Shown: piece by piece, positions 63,811 through 64,000 of the stretch
Position numbering within the stretch: position 1 is the stretch's first letter
How the letters are laid out: every line of letters begins with the position of its first letter
From: Takakia lepidozioides
Taxonomy: Eukaryota > Plantae > Bryophyta
Direction: 5' to 3'
DNA: 64,000 nucleotides
Assembly (NCBI GenBank): GCA_030704615.1
Contig: CM060734.1
Span: 38,626,001-38,690,000 of the forward strand
Notes under the pieces: generated by a model
Database searches by the model: none
Told to the model about the DNA's origin: nothing
Seen by the model: only the letters and a program-made list of their open reading frames with translations
Translations under genes and position numbers: made by a program

Positions 63811-64000
63811 GTGAAAACCATGAGGCCACTGGATGACCGCGTAGGCGTGTAGGGGTTAATGGTAGCCAAATCGCTTGAGCCACTCCCAACCTTATGATTG
63901 CTTGACTAAGAGTTGGGATGATAGAAACGCCATCCTAACTTTTGGCTGCTACAACCTGCCACATCGACATTGAGTTTTCCATTGAAAGCTAGTATCCATG

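Overview
Nuclear DNA of a land plant, probably a non-seed plant such as a bryophyte. This is inferred from the moss-like PLS-class PPR motifs, the piggyBac content and the gene set. The window is AT-rich with spliceosomal introns and heavily degraded transposons. Four genes look intact: a KIC/PBP1-type EF-hand protein (+), a 3-exon MIZ1/DUF617 gene (-), a 5-exon chloroplast NDH J-protein NdhT/CRRJ (-), and an 8-exon PQ-loop MPDU1 homolog (-) with two U12-type GT-AG introns. Pseudogenes or fragments: two inverted BAHD acyltransferase copies, RsmE, a polyphenol-oxidase C-terminus and three PPR pieces. Mobile DNA: Ty3/Gypsy remnants (one with a dUTPase-like segment, one with a PHD finger after integrase), Ty1/Copia pieces, an L1 3' end, a tRNA-derived SINE, piggyBac transposase remnants and TTAA-flanked MITEs, nested CAGTGTTG hAT MITEs with exact 8-bp TSDs, and a CAC-terminated element with a 4-bp TSD. 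The most striking item is a degenerate, intron-containing, bacterial-type beta-class N6-adenine/N4-cytosine DNA methyltransferase-like gene at about 1.6-2.4 kb, inside what looks like a large DNA-transposon remnant. All protein assignments come from motif recognition by eye; no database searches were run.
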